This document shows positions 36,669 through 46,227 of a DNA stretch of 64,000 bases, piece after piece; the stretch's first letter is position 1; each line of letters starts with the position of its first letter. The stretch lies in the sequence record MT939240.1. One strand, 5' to 3'. The position numbers and the translations under genes are program-made. This stretch comes from Enterococcus phage 9181. The notes beneath the pieces are model-generated. The model saw only the letters and a list, made by a program, of their open reading frames with translations, had not been told where the DNA came from and searched no databases.

Positions 36669-37103
36669 TTACGAGGTATAGTCATACCTAGACTTTTTGA
36701 TTGTATACCAGTAACCTGTTAAAGGGTTTAGAAACTTGTTAGGGTATTTATCGAAGGTCTGCACTGCCCCTAGTGAGTTAACCTTTCTCCAAGCTTCGTT
36801 CTCATTATCAAATACTCTATATGTTTCTGTAGCTCCCGTTGGAATAGTTTTGGTAACCACAAAGCACTCACGGTTTCCGATAGGTTTACTTGATGTTGGT
36901 GCCTCGTCTTCTGAAAAGAACTCTCCTAAGGGATATCCCAATATATTTGAAATCTTAAACAGAGTTGTCATTGAGATATTGGTTCCTCTTCGTTGCAAGA
37001 AGTTGTGTATTCCCATTTCTCTGCCCATGTAACTTCCTGTAATACCATTTATTTCCATAAGGTATTCAATTCTATCCCAAAGCTTCTTTAAATCCTCTTT
37101 CAA
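36669..37103 (-). CDS. XRE-family helix-turn-helix transcriptional regulator with C-terminal domain
   Basis: N-terminal LKKLWDRIEYLMEINGITGSYMGREMGIH...TLFKISNILGYPLGEFF helix-turn-helix. Confidence 0.6.
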   Translation of the reverse strand: MKEDLKKLWDRIEYLMEINGITGSYMGREMGIHNFLQRRGTNISMTTLFKISNILGYPLGEFFSEDEAPTSSKPIGNRECFVVTKTIPTGATETYRVFDNENEAWRKVNSLGAVQTFDKYPNKFLNPLTGYWYTIKKSRYDYTS

Positions 37104-37105
37104 TT

Positions 37106-37927
37106 CTATTGTTCCTCCTTAATAGCAGTGATAACCTTTGAAATGATGTGTGGATCAGTCTCTAATTCTAATTCATCAATAAACTGTTCAGGAGACATTA
37201 ACCACTTGTCATGGTTTAAGTCATAATAAAACGAGGTGTAACTCGTGTACTTGACTTTTTCTGCAGTAACTACAACTGTCTCGATATATTGGGGGTCATT
37301 TAGTAAGCCGGTCACCAAATAATACCCTCTTACCTTCCCGTTTGTTTCCTTGTGTTTCCATACCTGACCAACCTCTGGGAAAAGTGTTACTTCTACTCCA
37401 CTAACTTCTTCTCCTTCGGGAGTGACAAAAGTCTTTTGTATAGGCTCTTCAATAGTTACTTTACCGTTGCCTGATGAACCAAAGCCTTTTTCTCCACGGT
37501 CTTTGTGCTCAATCTCAGCAACTTCTTTCATTTGAGCGTAGGGTCTTTGAGTAAACACGATTTGAGCAATCTTGAATCCACGGCTGATGAACTGAGGTTT
37601 ATTGGTAAGGTTGGTAACAATCACTTTGACTTCCCCTGTATACTCTTGGTCAACTGTCCCATACCATATGAGAAGCTCGCCTTGTAAAGAAAGTCCTGAA
37701 CGAGGTCTTACACAACCTTCTACTTGATTAGGGATGTCAAATGCAATTCCTGTTGGTAAAGCTTTTGTAGAACCTTCTTGTTGGAAAGGTGCTAATGTGA
37801 TTGGTTCGCTTGTGAATAAGTCGAATCCTGAATCTGTTACACGTTTCTGGAAGGGAGTAGTAGCATGTTCTGAAAGTTTAGTGAAGTTGATTGATAGCAT
37901 ATGATGATTTCCTCCTATAATAAGCAT
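37106..37927 (-). CDS. dut: dUTPase (trimeric type) with about 120-aa C-terminal extension
   Basis: RPRSGLSLQ (motif III-like) and GTVDQEYTGEVKVIV (motif IV-like); 273 aa, longer than the typical 150-170 aa. Confidence 0.7.
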   Translation of the reverse strand: MLIIGGNHHMLSINFTKLSEHATTPFQKRVTDSGFDLFTSEPITLAPFQQEGSTKALPTGIAFDIPNQVEGCVRPRSGLSLQGELLIWYGTVDQEYTGEVKVIVTNLTNKPQFISRGFKIAQIVFTQRPYAQMKEVAEIEHKDRGEKGFGSSGNGKVTIEEPIQKTFVTPEGEEVSGVEVTLFPEVGQVWKHKETNGKVRGYYLVTGLLNDPQYIETVVVTAEKVKYTSYTSFYYDLNHDKWLMSPEQFIDELELETDPHIISKVITAIKEEQ

Positions 37928-38448
37928 TTAGCTTCTGAAACTAAAGTATTTCGTTCTCTTTTAATCTTGTCGATCTCTTCTTCAATTACTTCTAACTCGA
38001 GCATCTTAACTCGAAGCACATCACCACGTTTTAAAGTGGCTGTCAATGTGTAAAGTTCTAATGCACGCTCTGTTAAAGCGATTAACTCTTGGGAAGAGTC
38101 TCTTATAGCTGTGTTAACTAACCGCTTAGCAGTGTTCTCAATAGCTTTCTGTAACTGCGGAGAACTCTTGGCAACTGCCTGTCGTAACTCGCTTGCTTCA
38201 CGGTCAGTACTTCGATAAACAGTAATGACTTTCTTAGCACCTACGCTAATGATGTATGTGATTTCTTCTAACTCGTCTAACCATACTTGGCTACCGTCTG
38301 GTTTAACCTCAATTCGGTTAGCTCGTGAAAGACCTCCCCTAACAAACTTAAGTATTTCCATGTTTGTTTTAGAGCTGTCAATACGTTCATTAAAACGCTG
38401 TGTAGCATGTGCTGATAAAGTATACTGTACGAAGTTAGGTACTCCCAT
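37915..38448 (-). CDS. hypothetical protein with DUF4258-like N-terminus (SAHATQRFNERI) and C-terminal coiled coil
   Basis: First gene after promoter 38480-38509; RBS rc AAGAGGAGG. Confidence 0.4.
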   Translation of the reverse strand: MGVPNFVQYTLSAHATQRFNERIDSSKTNMEILKFVRGGLSRANRIEVKPDGSQVWLDELEEITYIISVGAKKVITVYRSTDREASELRQAVAKSSPQLQKAIENTAKRLVNTAIRDSSQELIALTERALELYTLTATLKRGDVLRVKMLELEVIEEEIDKIKRERNTLVSEAKCLL

Positions 38449-38479
38449 TTAAATGTTCCTCCTCTTAACTGATGAATTA

Positions 38480-38509
38480 ATCATACCATATACATCGGAA
38501 AAGTGTCAA
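38480..38509 (-). promoter_or_regulatory. sigma-A-type promoter (minus strand: TTGACA, 18-nt spacer, TATGAT)
   Basis: Reverse complement: ttgacacttttccgatgtatatggtatgat. Confidence 0.55.
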
Positions 38510-38549
38510 TACCATTTTGGACGTTTTTTAAATTTATCGGAATTGTCTG

Positions 38550-38578
38550 TTGTAGAGGCATTTATGTAAAAGTAATAT
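38550..38578 (+). promoter_or_regulatory. possible weak promoter for the morphogenesis operon (TTGTAG, 17-nt spacer, TAATAT)
   Basis: Hexamers read from the sequence; poor -35. Confidence 0.25.
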
Positions 38579-38603
38579 ACCTAATATAGTAAGGAGGACT
38601 AGA

Positions 38604-39248
38604 ATGGGTAAAATACAAATAGGCTCACGATCCATTGATGACAGTCGCCAACGGAAGTATATGACAACTTCCCAAGAACCAACTACATTTGACGGAGTTG
38701 ATCTAACTACTCTAAAGCCTAAAATGAAACGTTTTGCAAGGCATTATATGTCTACCGTCAACGTAACTCAGTCAGCAGAAGCTTCTGGGTACACCCCTGC
38801 AAGTGGTTTCCGACTTCTAAAACGAGCGGATGTTCAAGCTTACCTACAGTGGTTAGTCACTGATGAAGCCAATGCGGACATCGCTTCCCCCACCGAAGTC
38901 CTAGAAGGATTGACACGGGCAGCTAACGGAGAAATGTATGACCAAGTTGTTTTGCAGAACGGTAAGATAGTTGAGAAAAGGATTGATGCAAAGGATCGTA
39001 TCTCAGCTTATAACACATTAGCTAAATTCCATGGCTTGCTTCAACCAGAAGTACAAGTCAATCAACAATTCAATATCAACGTGGATATCGTTGACGCTGT
39101 GGAAGATGATGCAGAAGTTATTGAACCTGATGAAGAAGAAATTGTCGATGGAGACTTCACGGAACTTGAATCAGATGAAGATGAAGAGGTTGTCTTTAAC
39201 TCTGCTGACTTTGATGCAGGATTCTTGGGAGGTATCGGTAAACAATGA
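38604..39248 (+). CDS. terS: terminase small subunit
   Basis: LKPKMKRFARHYMSTVNVTQSAEASGYTPASG matches the Terminase_2 family signature; acidic C-terminus; sits upstream of TerL. Confidence 0.85.
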   Translation: MGKIQIGSRSIDDSRQRKYMTTSQEPTTFDGVDLTTLKPKMKRFARHYMSTVNVTQSAEASGYTPASGFRLLKRADVQAYLQWLVTDEANADIASPTEVLEGLTRAANGEMYDQVVLQNGKIVEKRIDAKDRISAYNTLAKFHGLLQPEVQVNQQFNINVDIVDAVEDDAEVIEPDEEEIVDGDFTELESDEDEEVVFNSADFDAGFLGGIGKQ

Positions 39249-40522
39249 CAATGGAGCCAGCTAACATAAACCTAAAGATTACTAAACGCTTCTTTAATGA
39301 AGTTTACATGAAGTATATGTACAATCAACCACTGGGACAGAAACGTATCATGGTGTTCTATGGAGGAGCTGGTTCTGGTAAGTCTAAATTTGTAGTACAG
39401 AATGCCCTCCTCAAAGGTCTTAGTGAGAAGCGTAAGTTCCTAGTCTGTCGTAAAGTTGATAACACAATCCGTGACTCCATCTTTGCTGAGTTTGTACAAG
39501 GCTTACGAGAATTGAACATTTATGAGATATGTGATATTAAGAATAGTTATTTGACCATCACTCTTCCAAATGGGACTGAGTACATCTTCAAAGGGTTGGA
39601 AGACCCAGAACGGATCAAGTCCATCCAAGGTATCTCCGATATCATCATGGAGGAAGCAACTGAGTTTACCATAGATGACTATTCCCAGCTTAACTTGCGT
39701 CTTCGTAACAAAGCTATCAAGAATAACCAAATTACTCTTATGTACAACCCAGCTTCAAAGGCTAACTGGGTGTATGGAATGTTCCATGATCCTAAGAAGC
39801 CTAGACCAAAGAACTGTCAAGTTGTTCATACAACCTACAAAGACAATCGCTTCTTATCAGCCGATTACCTAGAGAACTTGAAAGACATGATGAATACTAA
39901 CCCAGTTTATTATGAAATCTATGCTTTAGGTAAGTTCGCAAGCCTTGGTAAGATGGTTTACACAAACTGGACTAGAGGTTCTCTTGACATCATGGAAGAG
40001 CTCAAGACTGGTAAGTGGAAACCTAAGTTCGGAATTGACTTTGGATTTAGTAATGACCCCACAGTAATCATTTCCATCCTCGTTAACGTAGAGGAAAAGA
40101 AGATTTACGTGTTTGATGAGTTCTATAAGACGGGTATGTTCAACAGACAAATATTTGAAGTCCTTAAGAAGAAGAACTTGTTGGGATATCATATGTTTGC
40201 TGACTCAGCAGCCCCAAAAGACATTGCAGAAATAAAACGACTTGGTGCTCGGTACTTGAAGCCTGCCAAGAAAGGTAAGGATTCCATTAACCACGGTATC
40301 CAATTCTTACAAGGTTACAAGATTATTGTAGACCCTCGTTGTAAGCATACTATTGAAGAGTTTGAAAACTATGGTTGGAAGAAAATCAAAGGAACTAACG
40401 AGTATGAGAACAAGCCAATGGATAACTTCAACCACTGTATGGATGCTCTTAGATATGCTGTTTCAGATATGATACCACGAAACACTGTAAGAACTATTAA
40501 TAAGTCACTACTTGGCTTATAA
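39245..40522 (+). CDS. terL: terminase large subunit (PBSX-like)
   Basis: Walker A FYGGAGSGKS; C-terminal nuclease acidic residues; 425 aa. Confidence 0.85.
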   Translation: MTMEPANINLKITKRFFNEVYMKYMYNQPLGQKRIMVFYGGAGSGKSKFVVQNALLKGLSEKRKFLVCRKVDNTIRDSIFAEFVQGLRELNIYEICDIKNSYLTITLPNGTEYIFKGLEDPERIKSIQGISDIIMEEATEFTIDDYSQLNLRLRNKAIKNNQITLMYNPASKANWVYGMFHDPKKPRPKNCQVVHTTYKDNRFLSADYLENLKDMMNTNPVYYEIYALGKFASLGKMVYTNWTRGSLDIMEELKTGKWKPKFGIDFGFSNDPTVIISILVNVEEKKIYVFDEFYKTGMFNRQIFEVLKKKNLLGYHMFADSAAPKDIAEIKRLGARYLKPAKKGKDSINHGIQFLQGYKIIVDPRCKHTIEEFENYGWKKIKGTNEYENKPMDNFNHCMDALRYAVSDMIPRNTVRTINKSLLGL

Positions 40523-40534
40523 GGAGGAAACTAA

Positions 40535-42109
40535 ATGGCAATACCAGATTACCAAATTAACCCAGGCGATTTAATCACTACTAGAGAGAATCGAAAGTAT
40601 CACCTTAAACGTGATTTTGACCTAGAAGAGATAATATCTCTTGCTGACAATCATTACAACACGTCAAGTAACTACGACCTCTTGTACGACTATTACAAAG
40701 GAAATCACTACGCTATCCAGAACCGTACCTTTGATGATAAGAACAAACCTAACAGCAAGGTGGTGCACAACTTCCCTAAACTGGTGGTCGACACTTCTGT
40801 GGCTTACCTTGTAGGAGAGCCTATCACATATGCTGGCGACGAAGCTACTATCAAGGCTATGGAACCTATTATGCGAGATAACTTCATTGATGATCTTAAC
40901 ACAGAGGAAGCTAAGTTCTCTGCCATATTTGGTCATTGCTTCGAACTAGCGTGGATTGACCGTGAGGGTAAACTCCGCTTTAAAGTGGTTTCACCTAAAA
41001 ACTGTTTCATCGCTTACTCAATGGACTTAGATGAAGAACCCCTATGTGCGGTGTACTACAACCAATATAACACAATGAACAACCTTGAAACAGTCCGTGT
41101 TTATGAAGTGTTCTTAAAAGATAAGAAACTATCCTTTACTACCGAGACTAAATTCAGTCCTAAGTCACAACACAAAGAGACAGCTATTAAGAACTTCCGA
41201 GAAGACCCAAGCGTCCTTAGGGTATTCCCTGCCTATGAACTAGTGGCTAATGAAGAACGTCTTGGGGACTTTGAAGCTCAACTAGGTTTGATTGATGCTT
41301 ATAACTTGTCTGTTTCAGATAGTGTCAATGATATTGCCTACTGGAATGATGCTTACCTATGGTTGCAAGGTTTTGACCTTTCCGAAGATGGCGAGTCAGT
41401 AGCTAACATGAAGAACGATAGAGTCATTGTAACTGATGAAGCTGGGAATGTCAAGTTCATTACAAAAGACATCAATGACAAGCATGTAGAGAATATTAAG
41501 AACCGTGCTCGTGAGGACATTTTTAGTCTTTCACAAACTCCTGATTTAGCATCTGAACAGTTTGCAGCTGCTTCTGGTGTGGCTATGAGAGCTAAGTCTC
41601 AACCGCTAGAGAACAAAACAGCTATGAAAGAAAGTAAGTTCAAGAAGATGTTGCAACACCGTTTCCAAGTGATCGCTGCATACTTATCTGTAAAACAGTC
41701 TACAGGAGCTAAGAACTTGAAACCTCTTGAAGTGGAACCTGTATTTGTACGTAACTTACCACAATCATATGCAGAACTTGCTGACATGGCTGTTAAGTTG
41801 AAAGACACGATGTCTGATGAAACAATTCTGGCTCAATTCCCATTCATCACAAACCCTTCTGATGAAGCTTCCAAAGCATCTAAACAACGGGTTAGCCGTA
41901 TGAAAGAGTCTAGTGATTCTTTTGGAGTTCCCACCTTGAACCAAACAGCTAAGACAGCACAGGCTAACGCTCAATCAGCACAAGCTACCCCAAAGCTTAA
42001 TAATGACCCATCTAAGAACAAAGGTATTGAAACGGGTGATCCAATGGCTGCTAAGGAACAGGAGAAAGCTCGTAACAAGAAGCCTATCCAACAACCTAAA
42101 GCAAAGTAA
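40535..42109 (+). CDS. portal protein (SPP1 gp6-like)
   Basis: 524 aa directly after TerL; basic C-terminal tail. Confidence 0.7.
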   Translation: MAIPDYQINPGDLITTRENRKYHLKRDFDLEEIISLADNHYNTSSNYDLLYDYYKGNHYAIQNRTFDDKNKPNSKVVHNFPKLVVDTSVAYLVGEPITYAGDEATIKAMEPIMRDNFIDDLNTEEAKFSAIFGHCFELAWIDREGKLRFKVVSPKNCFIAYSMDLDEEPLCAVYYNQYNTMNNLETVRVYEVFLKDKKLSFTTETKFSPKSQHKETAIKNFREDPSVLRVFPAYELVANEERLGDFEAQLGLIDAYNLSVSDSVNDIAYWNDAYLWLQGFDLSEDGESVANMKNDRVIVTDEAGNVKFITKDINDKHVENIKNRAREDIFSLSQTPDLASEQFAAASGVAMRAKSQPLENKTAMKESKFKKMLQHRFQVIAAYLSVKQSTGAKNLKPLEVEPVFVRNLPQSYAELADMAVKLKDTMSDETILAQFPFITNPSDEASKASKQRVSRMKESSDSFGVPTLNQTAKTAQANAQSAQATPKLNNDPSKNKGIETGDPMAAKEQEKARNKKPIQQPKAK

Positions 42110-42121
42110 GGAGAATGATCC

Positions 42122-42868
42122 ATGGTTATGAAGTTTGATACAGACATTGAAAGAGAACTTGTAAGCCTGATGATAGACTATCATGACGACCTTGGCGGAC
42201 TTATCCTCCGCCTTAAGGTTGAATTGAATAACTTACTGTCAGACTACATCCTTGAAGTAGCGGCTCTAAAGCCTAACGACGTTGCTCAACTCAATTTCCT
42301 TACTCAGCAACTACAGGACGATATTTCGGTTGTGTTAGCACCCCTCATGACAGAGTACCTTGGGTTGACACAAGAAGCTCACGATAGGGCTGTAGAAGCC
42401 GTCATTGGACAAAATGACAAGCTAGAGGAGTTGCTAAGTGTAGGGATGACAGACTCAGCAGGAAGCGTCGAGCAAGCTAAGCAAACTACCTACAACATTA
42501 TTGCAGCTCTAGCTTCTGAGATTTCTTCAATAGCGCTTAGAGGACTTACAGATAAAAATGGAATTACTGCTTCTACCATCAGGGAACTAACTGATAAGAA
42601 GGACAGTCTCCTTTATCAAGTACGTAGGCACTTTGAAGCTTTCCTAAGCTTAATGATTAATGAAGGCGTAATTCAGTCTTCTCCAATTATGGGATACACA
42701 CAATGGTATTGGCAAACCCATCCTGAACTTACAAGGAGCGGAACGTGCCCGACCTGTAAGGAGCACGCTCAGGGTGGAGTAAACAACGATGGGATATACA
42801 GTTCCCATGACTTACCAATGATCCCAGTTCATCCACACTGTGTATGTGTACTCATACCAGTACCTTAA
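42122..42868 (+). CDS. head morphogenesis protein (Mu F / SPP1 gp7-like)
   Basis: C-terminal CPTCKEHAQGG...HPHCVCV zinc-ribbon-like signature typical of the family; position after the portal. Confidence 0.6.
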   Translation: MVMKFDTDIERELVSLMIDYHDDLGGLILRLKVELNNLLSDYILEVAALKPNDVAQLNFLTQQLQDDISVVLAPLMTEYLGLTQEAHDRAVEAVIGQNDKLEELLSVGMTDSAGSVEQAKQTTYNIIAALASEISSIALRGLTDKNGITASTIRELTDKKDSLLYQVRRHFEAFLSLMINEGVIQSSPIMGYTQWYWQTHPELTRSGTCPTCKEHAQGGVNNDGIYSSHDLPMIPVHPHCVCVLIPVP

Positions 42869-42942
42869 CAAGAGTTTTGAGGCAAGGGCACTCTGAGAAC
42901 TTCCAAAAATAAACCAAAGCACGCACAGGGCTTAACTGAACT

Positions 42943-43614
42943 GTGGAGGGCGAAGGAGAGAAATTAAACATGACAGATCAATTAGACAACTTAGGTATTG
43001 AGGATATTTTAGGTATTGTAGAAAGCAATGAGGAAATTGCTAATCAATTGCAAGCCAAATTCGTGAATACTAAAACGGTAGAATCATTCTTACATACCCC
43101 AGAGGGCGAGAAAGTCGTGGCTCCGATTAAAGACGCTTACGCTTCTAAAGCTATCGAAGGATGGAAGAACAAAAACTTAGACCGTATCATTCAAGAAAAA
43201 GTTAACGAAATGAACCCACCTGAAACTAAAGAGCAGAAAGAACTTCAAGCTATGCAACAACGACTTGCAGCTATTGAAAAAGACAAACAGGCTCTGGAAC
43301 AACAAGCGGTGGCAGCAGAGGAGTTAGCTAAACTAGGCTTACCTTCTAACTTTGCTTCTTATATCGTTGGGGACTCTACGGAGGTTACTAAGCATAAAGC
43401 TAAAAGTCTGGAAGTTGAAATTTCTAACTTCGTCAAACAAACTACAGATTCAGCTTTACAACAATATGGCTCACAAACGGCACCATCAAACTTAGACGGA
43501 GCAACTACTCAAGCTCAAAAAACATATGATGACCCATATGATATGACTATTGAGGAAGCTACTGCGTTGAAGAATGACAATCCTGTACTTTACGCTAAAT
43601 TATTCGGAGAGTAA
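42943..43614 (+). CDS. scaffolding protein
   Basis: Coiled-coil Gln/Glu/Ala-rich 223 aa protein immediately upstream of the major capsid gene. Confidence 0.55.
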   Translation: MEGEGEKLNMTDQLDNLGIEDILGIVESNEEIANQLQAKFVNTKTVESFLHTPEGEKVVAPIKDAYASKAIEGWKNKNLDRIIQEKVNEMNPPETKEQKELQAMQQRLAAIEKDKQALEQQAVAAEELAKLGLPSNFASYIVGDSTEVTKHKAKSLEVEISNFVKQTTDSALQQYGSQTAPSNLDGATTQAQKTYDDPYDMTIEEATALKNDNPVLYAKLFGE

Positions 43615-43651
43615 GGATAATTAAATTACTTATTAAAGGAGTTCAATCATT

Positions 43652-44500
43652 ATGGCAAACGGATTCGCACCTAAAACAGGTCTTAAAGGTTCTAGCTCAA
43701 CAGCTACAATCGACCAATTAATTAACCCTCAGGTTATCGGTAATTTCCTGAACAAAAAACTAGTAAACAAAATTGTCTTAGCTCCATTCGCAACTATTGA
43801 CAATACTTTAATGAACAGCGCTGGGGATACTTTGAGCATTCCTCAATGGAACTATATTGGCGAAGCAGAAGACGTAGCTGAATATGGAGAAATCCCAGTT
43901 AAAGAATTGAAAGCTACAATGACTTCTGTAACTGTTAAAAAAGTTGTTCAAGCTGTAACTCTTTCTGACGAAGCTATCTTATCAGCTCACATTCGTCCAG
44001 TTGATGAAGCTACTAACCAGATCGCTACATCTATCGCACAAAAAGTTGACAACGACTTCTTGACAGCTGTTAAAGCATTAGAACCAACTCCAGTTGAAGG
44101 TCTTGGAACTAAAGGTCAATACGCTTGGGTATTGGAAGGTCAAGCAGCATTCGGAGAAGATTTAGATGAACGTACTGCTTTGATTATCTCTCCTAAAATG
44201 CGTGCAAACATCTTGCTAGCACCTGACTTCGTTTATGTTAACCAAGGTGACAAGATTGTTTCTGGACAAATCGGTACTATCTTCGGGGTAGCTGTAGTCG
44301 TATCATCTAAACTAGCTGACAATGAAGCTATCTTAATCCGTGAAGGTGCGTTGAGCTTGTTGCTTAAACGTGGATTCAACGTTGAACCTATCCGTGAAGG
44401 TAAGATTCGTGCAACAACTATCTCTGCTGACCAACACTATGCTGCGTACGTACGTGACGCTACGAAAGTGGTTTACTTAACTGCAAAAGTGGGGGAGTAA
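43652..44500 (+). CDS. major capsid protein
   Basis: 282 aa; strong RBS AAAGGAG; position after the scaffold. Confidence 0.7.
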   Translation: MANGFAPKTGLKGSSSTATIDQLINPQVIGNFLNKKLVNKIVLAPFATIDNTLMNSAGDTLSIPQWNYIGEAEDVAEYGEIPVKELKATMTSVTVKKVVQAVTLSDEAILSAHIRPVDEATNQIATSIAQKVDNDFLTAVKALEPTPVEGLGTKGQYAWVLEGQAAFGEDLDERTALIISPKMRANILLAPDFVYVNQGDKIVSGQIGTIFGVAVVVSSKLADNEAILIREGALSLLLKRGFNVEPIREGKIRATTISADQHYAAYVRDATKVVYLTAKVGE

Positions 44501-44502
44501 AG

Positions 44503-45021
44503 GTGGAGACAGTAACTCCGTCACAACAAACTATGTCTATTAAGGTTGGGGATGCAGACAGAGCACTATCTTTCATGGTAGCTCCTGACGATGCTTCCAA
44601 CAAAGCTTTAGACATCACTTCTAGCGACCCGACTGTAGCAACTTATGTCAGTGGTAAAGTACATGCTTTAAAAGCAGGTAAAACTGACATTGTAGCTACT
44701 GCCCAAGATGGCTCAGGAGTATCTGGTAAGTGCGCTGTTACTGTATCTGCTGCTGATGTTGCTGTTACAGGTGTGACTATTGCTCCTAAAACAGCCTCCA
44801 TTGCAGTTGGTGCTACTCAACAGCTAACACCTACTGTAGCTCCTGCTGATGCTACTGACAAATCTGTTACTTACAAATCTAGTGCTGAGGCAATTGCCAC
44901 AGTTAGTGCTAGTGGATTGGTAACAGCCGTTGCAGAGGGCGAGGCAACTATTACTGTAACTACTAAGAGCGGTGCAAAAACCGACACTAGCGTAATTACT
45001 GTTACTGCTGCCGGAGCTTAA
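44503..45021 (+). CDS. Ig-like (Big_2-type) domain head decoration protein
   Basis: VTGVTIAPKTASIAVGATQQLTPTVAPADATDKSVTYKSS...ATITVTTKSG bacterial Ig-like fold pattern. Confidence 0.55.
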   Translation: METVTPSQQTMSIKVGDADRALSFMVAPDDASNKALDITSSDPTVATYVSGKVHALKAGKTDIVATAQDGSGVSGKCAVTVSAADVAVTGVTIAPKTASIAVGATQQLTPTVAPADATDKSVTYKSSAEAIATVSASGLVTAVAEGEATITVTTKSGAKTDTSVITVTAAGA

Positions 45022-45035
45022 TTAAATCAAACTCT

Positions 45036-45071
45036 TAAGGAGCCTGCCCTAACAGTGGGTGGGCTCTTTTT
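45036..45071 (+). terminator. intrinsic terminator (gagcctgccc...gggtgggctc plus T-run)
   Basis: Read directly from the sequence. Confidence 0.5.
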
Positions 45072-45475
45072 ATAGAGTAAGGAGGACTACTATGGATTTT
45101 CCAGTAAGTAACACACCCCTCCCAGAAAAATACAAAGATGTTAACATAGATGAACTAAAGATCATTCAAGGATATGGTTCAATCAGCCTACGAGACGACT
45201 TACTTAAACTTCTCAAAGGAAGAGCTATGCAACACATTTGTATTTACATCAAGAAACCGTTTAGTGTCGCCTCCTTCCCACAAGCTCTGGAATATATCGC
45301 AGATGAGTTAGCAGCTAGCCGCTTAAGTTTGGTTAACTCAGAAGGTATTAAAACAGAGGTTACGGATATCTCAAGGTTTGACTACTCAGAAGACATATAT
45401 GCCAACTGGTATAAAGTATTGGATGATTGGGTAGCTCAAGAGAACGGTTCAACAAAAAGATTCTTCATGATGTAG
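45059..45475 (+). CDS. head-tail connector/adaptor protein
   Basis: Position and size (138 aa) between the capsid and tail genes. Confidence 0.45.
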   Translation: MGSFYRVRRTTMDFPVSNTPLPEKYKDVNIDELKIIQGYGSISLRDDLLKLLKGRAMQHICIYIKKPFSVASFPQALEYIADELAASRLSLVNSEGIKTEVTDISRFDYSEDIYANWYKVLDDWVAQENGSTKRFFMM

Positions 45476-45852
45476 GAGGTGTAATAATGAGAGCTAATGA
45501 GTTAGTATCTCTAGTACAGTTTAACGACCCTGAGTACACTGATACTGGGGGTATCTATAACGGCGAAGCTACAGTTATTGCACAGGCTATCCCTGCTACG
45601 GTAACCTCCATGCCTACAGAAGTTAAATTGCTTATGAACCAAGATGTTCAACTAGAGGACAGATACCTTATCCAACACAAGTTCTTTGAATTGAAGGATG
45701 CTCGTGTTGATGCGGTGTACAGACACTCAAACAACACGTGGTATTACATGTATAAGAACCATGAGACTGGCGCAGGACAGACTTGCTCATATCTGGTAGA
45801 GTACCGAGATACGAGACGGACAGAATGGACTGATGACGCATGGCAGGGGTAA
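45427..45852 (+). CDS. head closure protein
   Basis: Position; 141 aa. Confidence 0.4.
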   Translation: MGSSRERFNKKILHDVGGVIMRANELVSLVQFNDPEYTDTGGIYNGEATVIAQAIPATVTSMPTEVKLLMNQDVQLEDRYLIQHKFFELKDARVDAVYRHSNNTWYYMYKNHETGAGQTCSYLVEYRDTRRTEWTDDAWQG

Positions 45853-46217
45853 ATATACAAATAATATCACAACCCGACTGGGATGCTAAGGCTAGGAAGA
45901 TGACTTCTCGTCTTTCTAACATAGCAACTTTCAGGGGGGATCAAATGGTAGATGAGGTTAAACGAAATATCACTGCCAATGATAACATAGATACAGCCAC
46001 TTTGATTGATAATCTGAGAGGGACTAAGAAAGTCTCTGGAGAACAGATTGAAATGCAAGTTGAATCGGATGTATCAAGTCACCCAGAGGGTCACTCAGGT
46101 TATGCACCGATTCTTGAGTATGGTTCAAGTAGGACAAGAGCCTATAAGAACTTTGAACCAGCCTTGGAAACAGTAACCAAGATGGTTATGGAAGACCTCT
46201 CGGAAATGAAGTTATAG
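45840..46217 (+). CDS. tail completion / neck protein
   Basis: Position; 125 aa. Confidence 0.4.
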   Translation: MAGVNIQIISQPDWDAKARKMTSRLSNIATFRGDQMVDEVKRNITANDNIDTATLIDNLRGTKKVSGEQIEMQVESDVSSHPEGHSGYAPILEYGSSRTRAYKNFEPALETVTKMVMEDLSEMKL

Positions 46218-46227
46218 GAGGTATAAG

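Noticed and set aside
36669-37103. Lysogeny module (CI-like repressor with integrase)
   Set aside because: Only an XRE helix-turn-helix protein is present. There is no integrase, excisionase, attP-like site or divergent cro/cI arrangement. The genome looks virulent.
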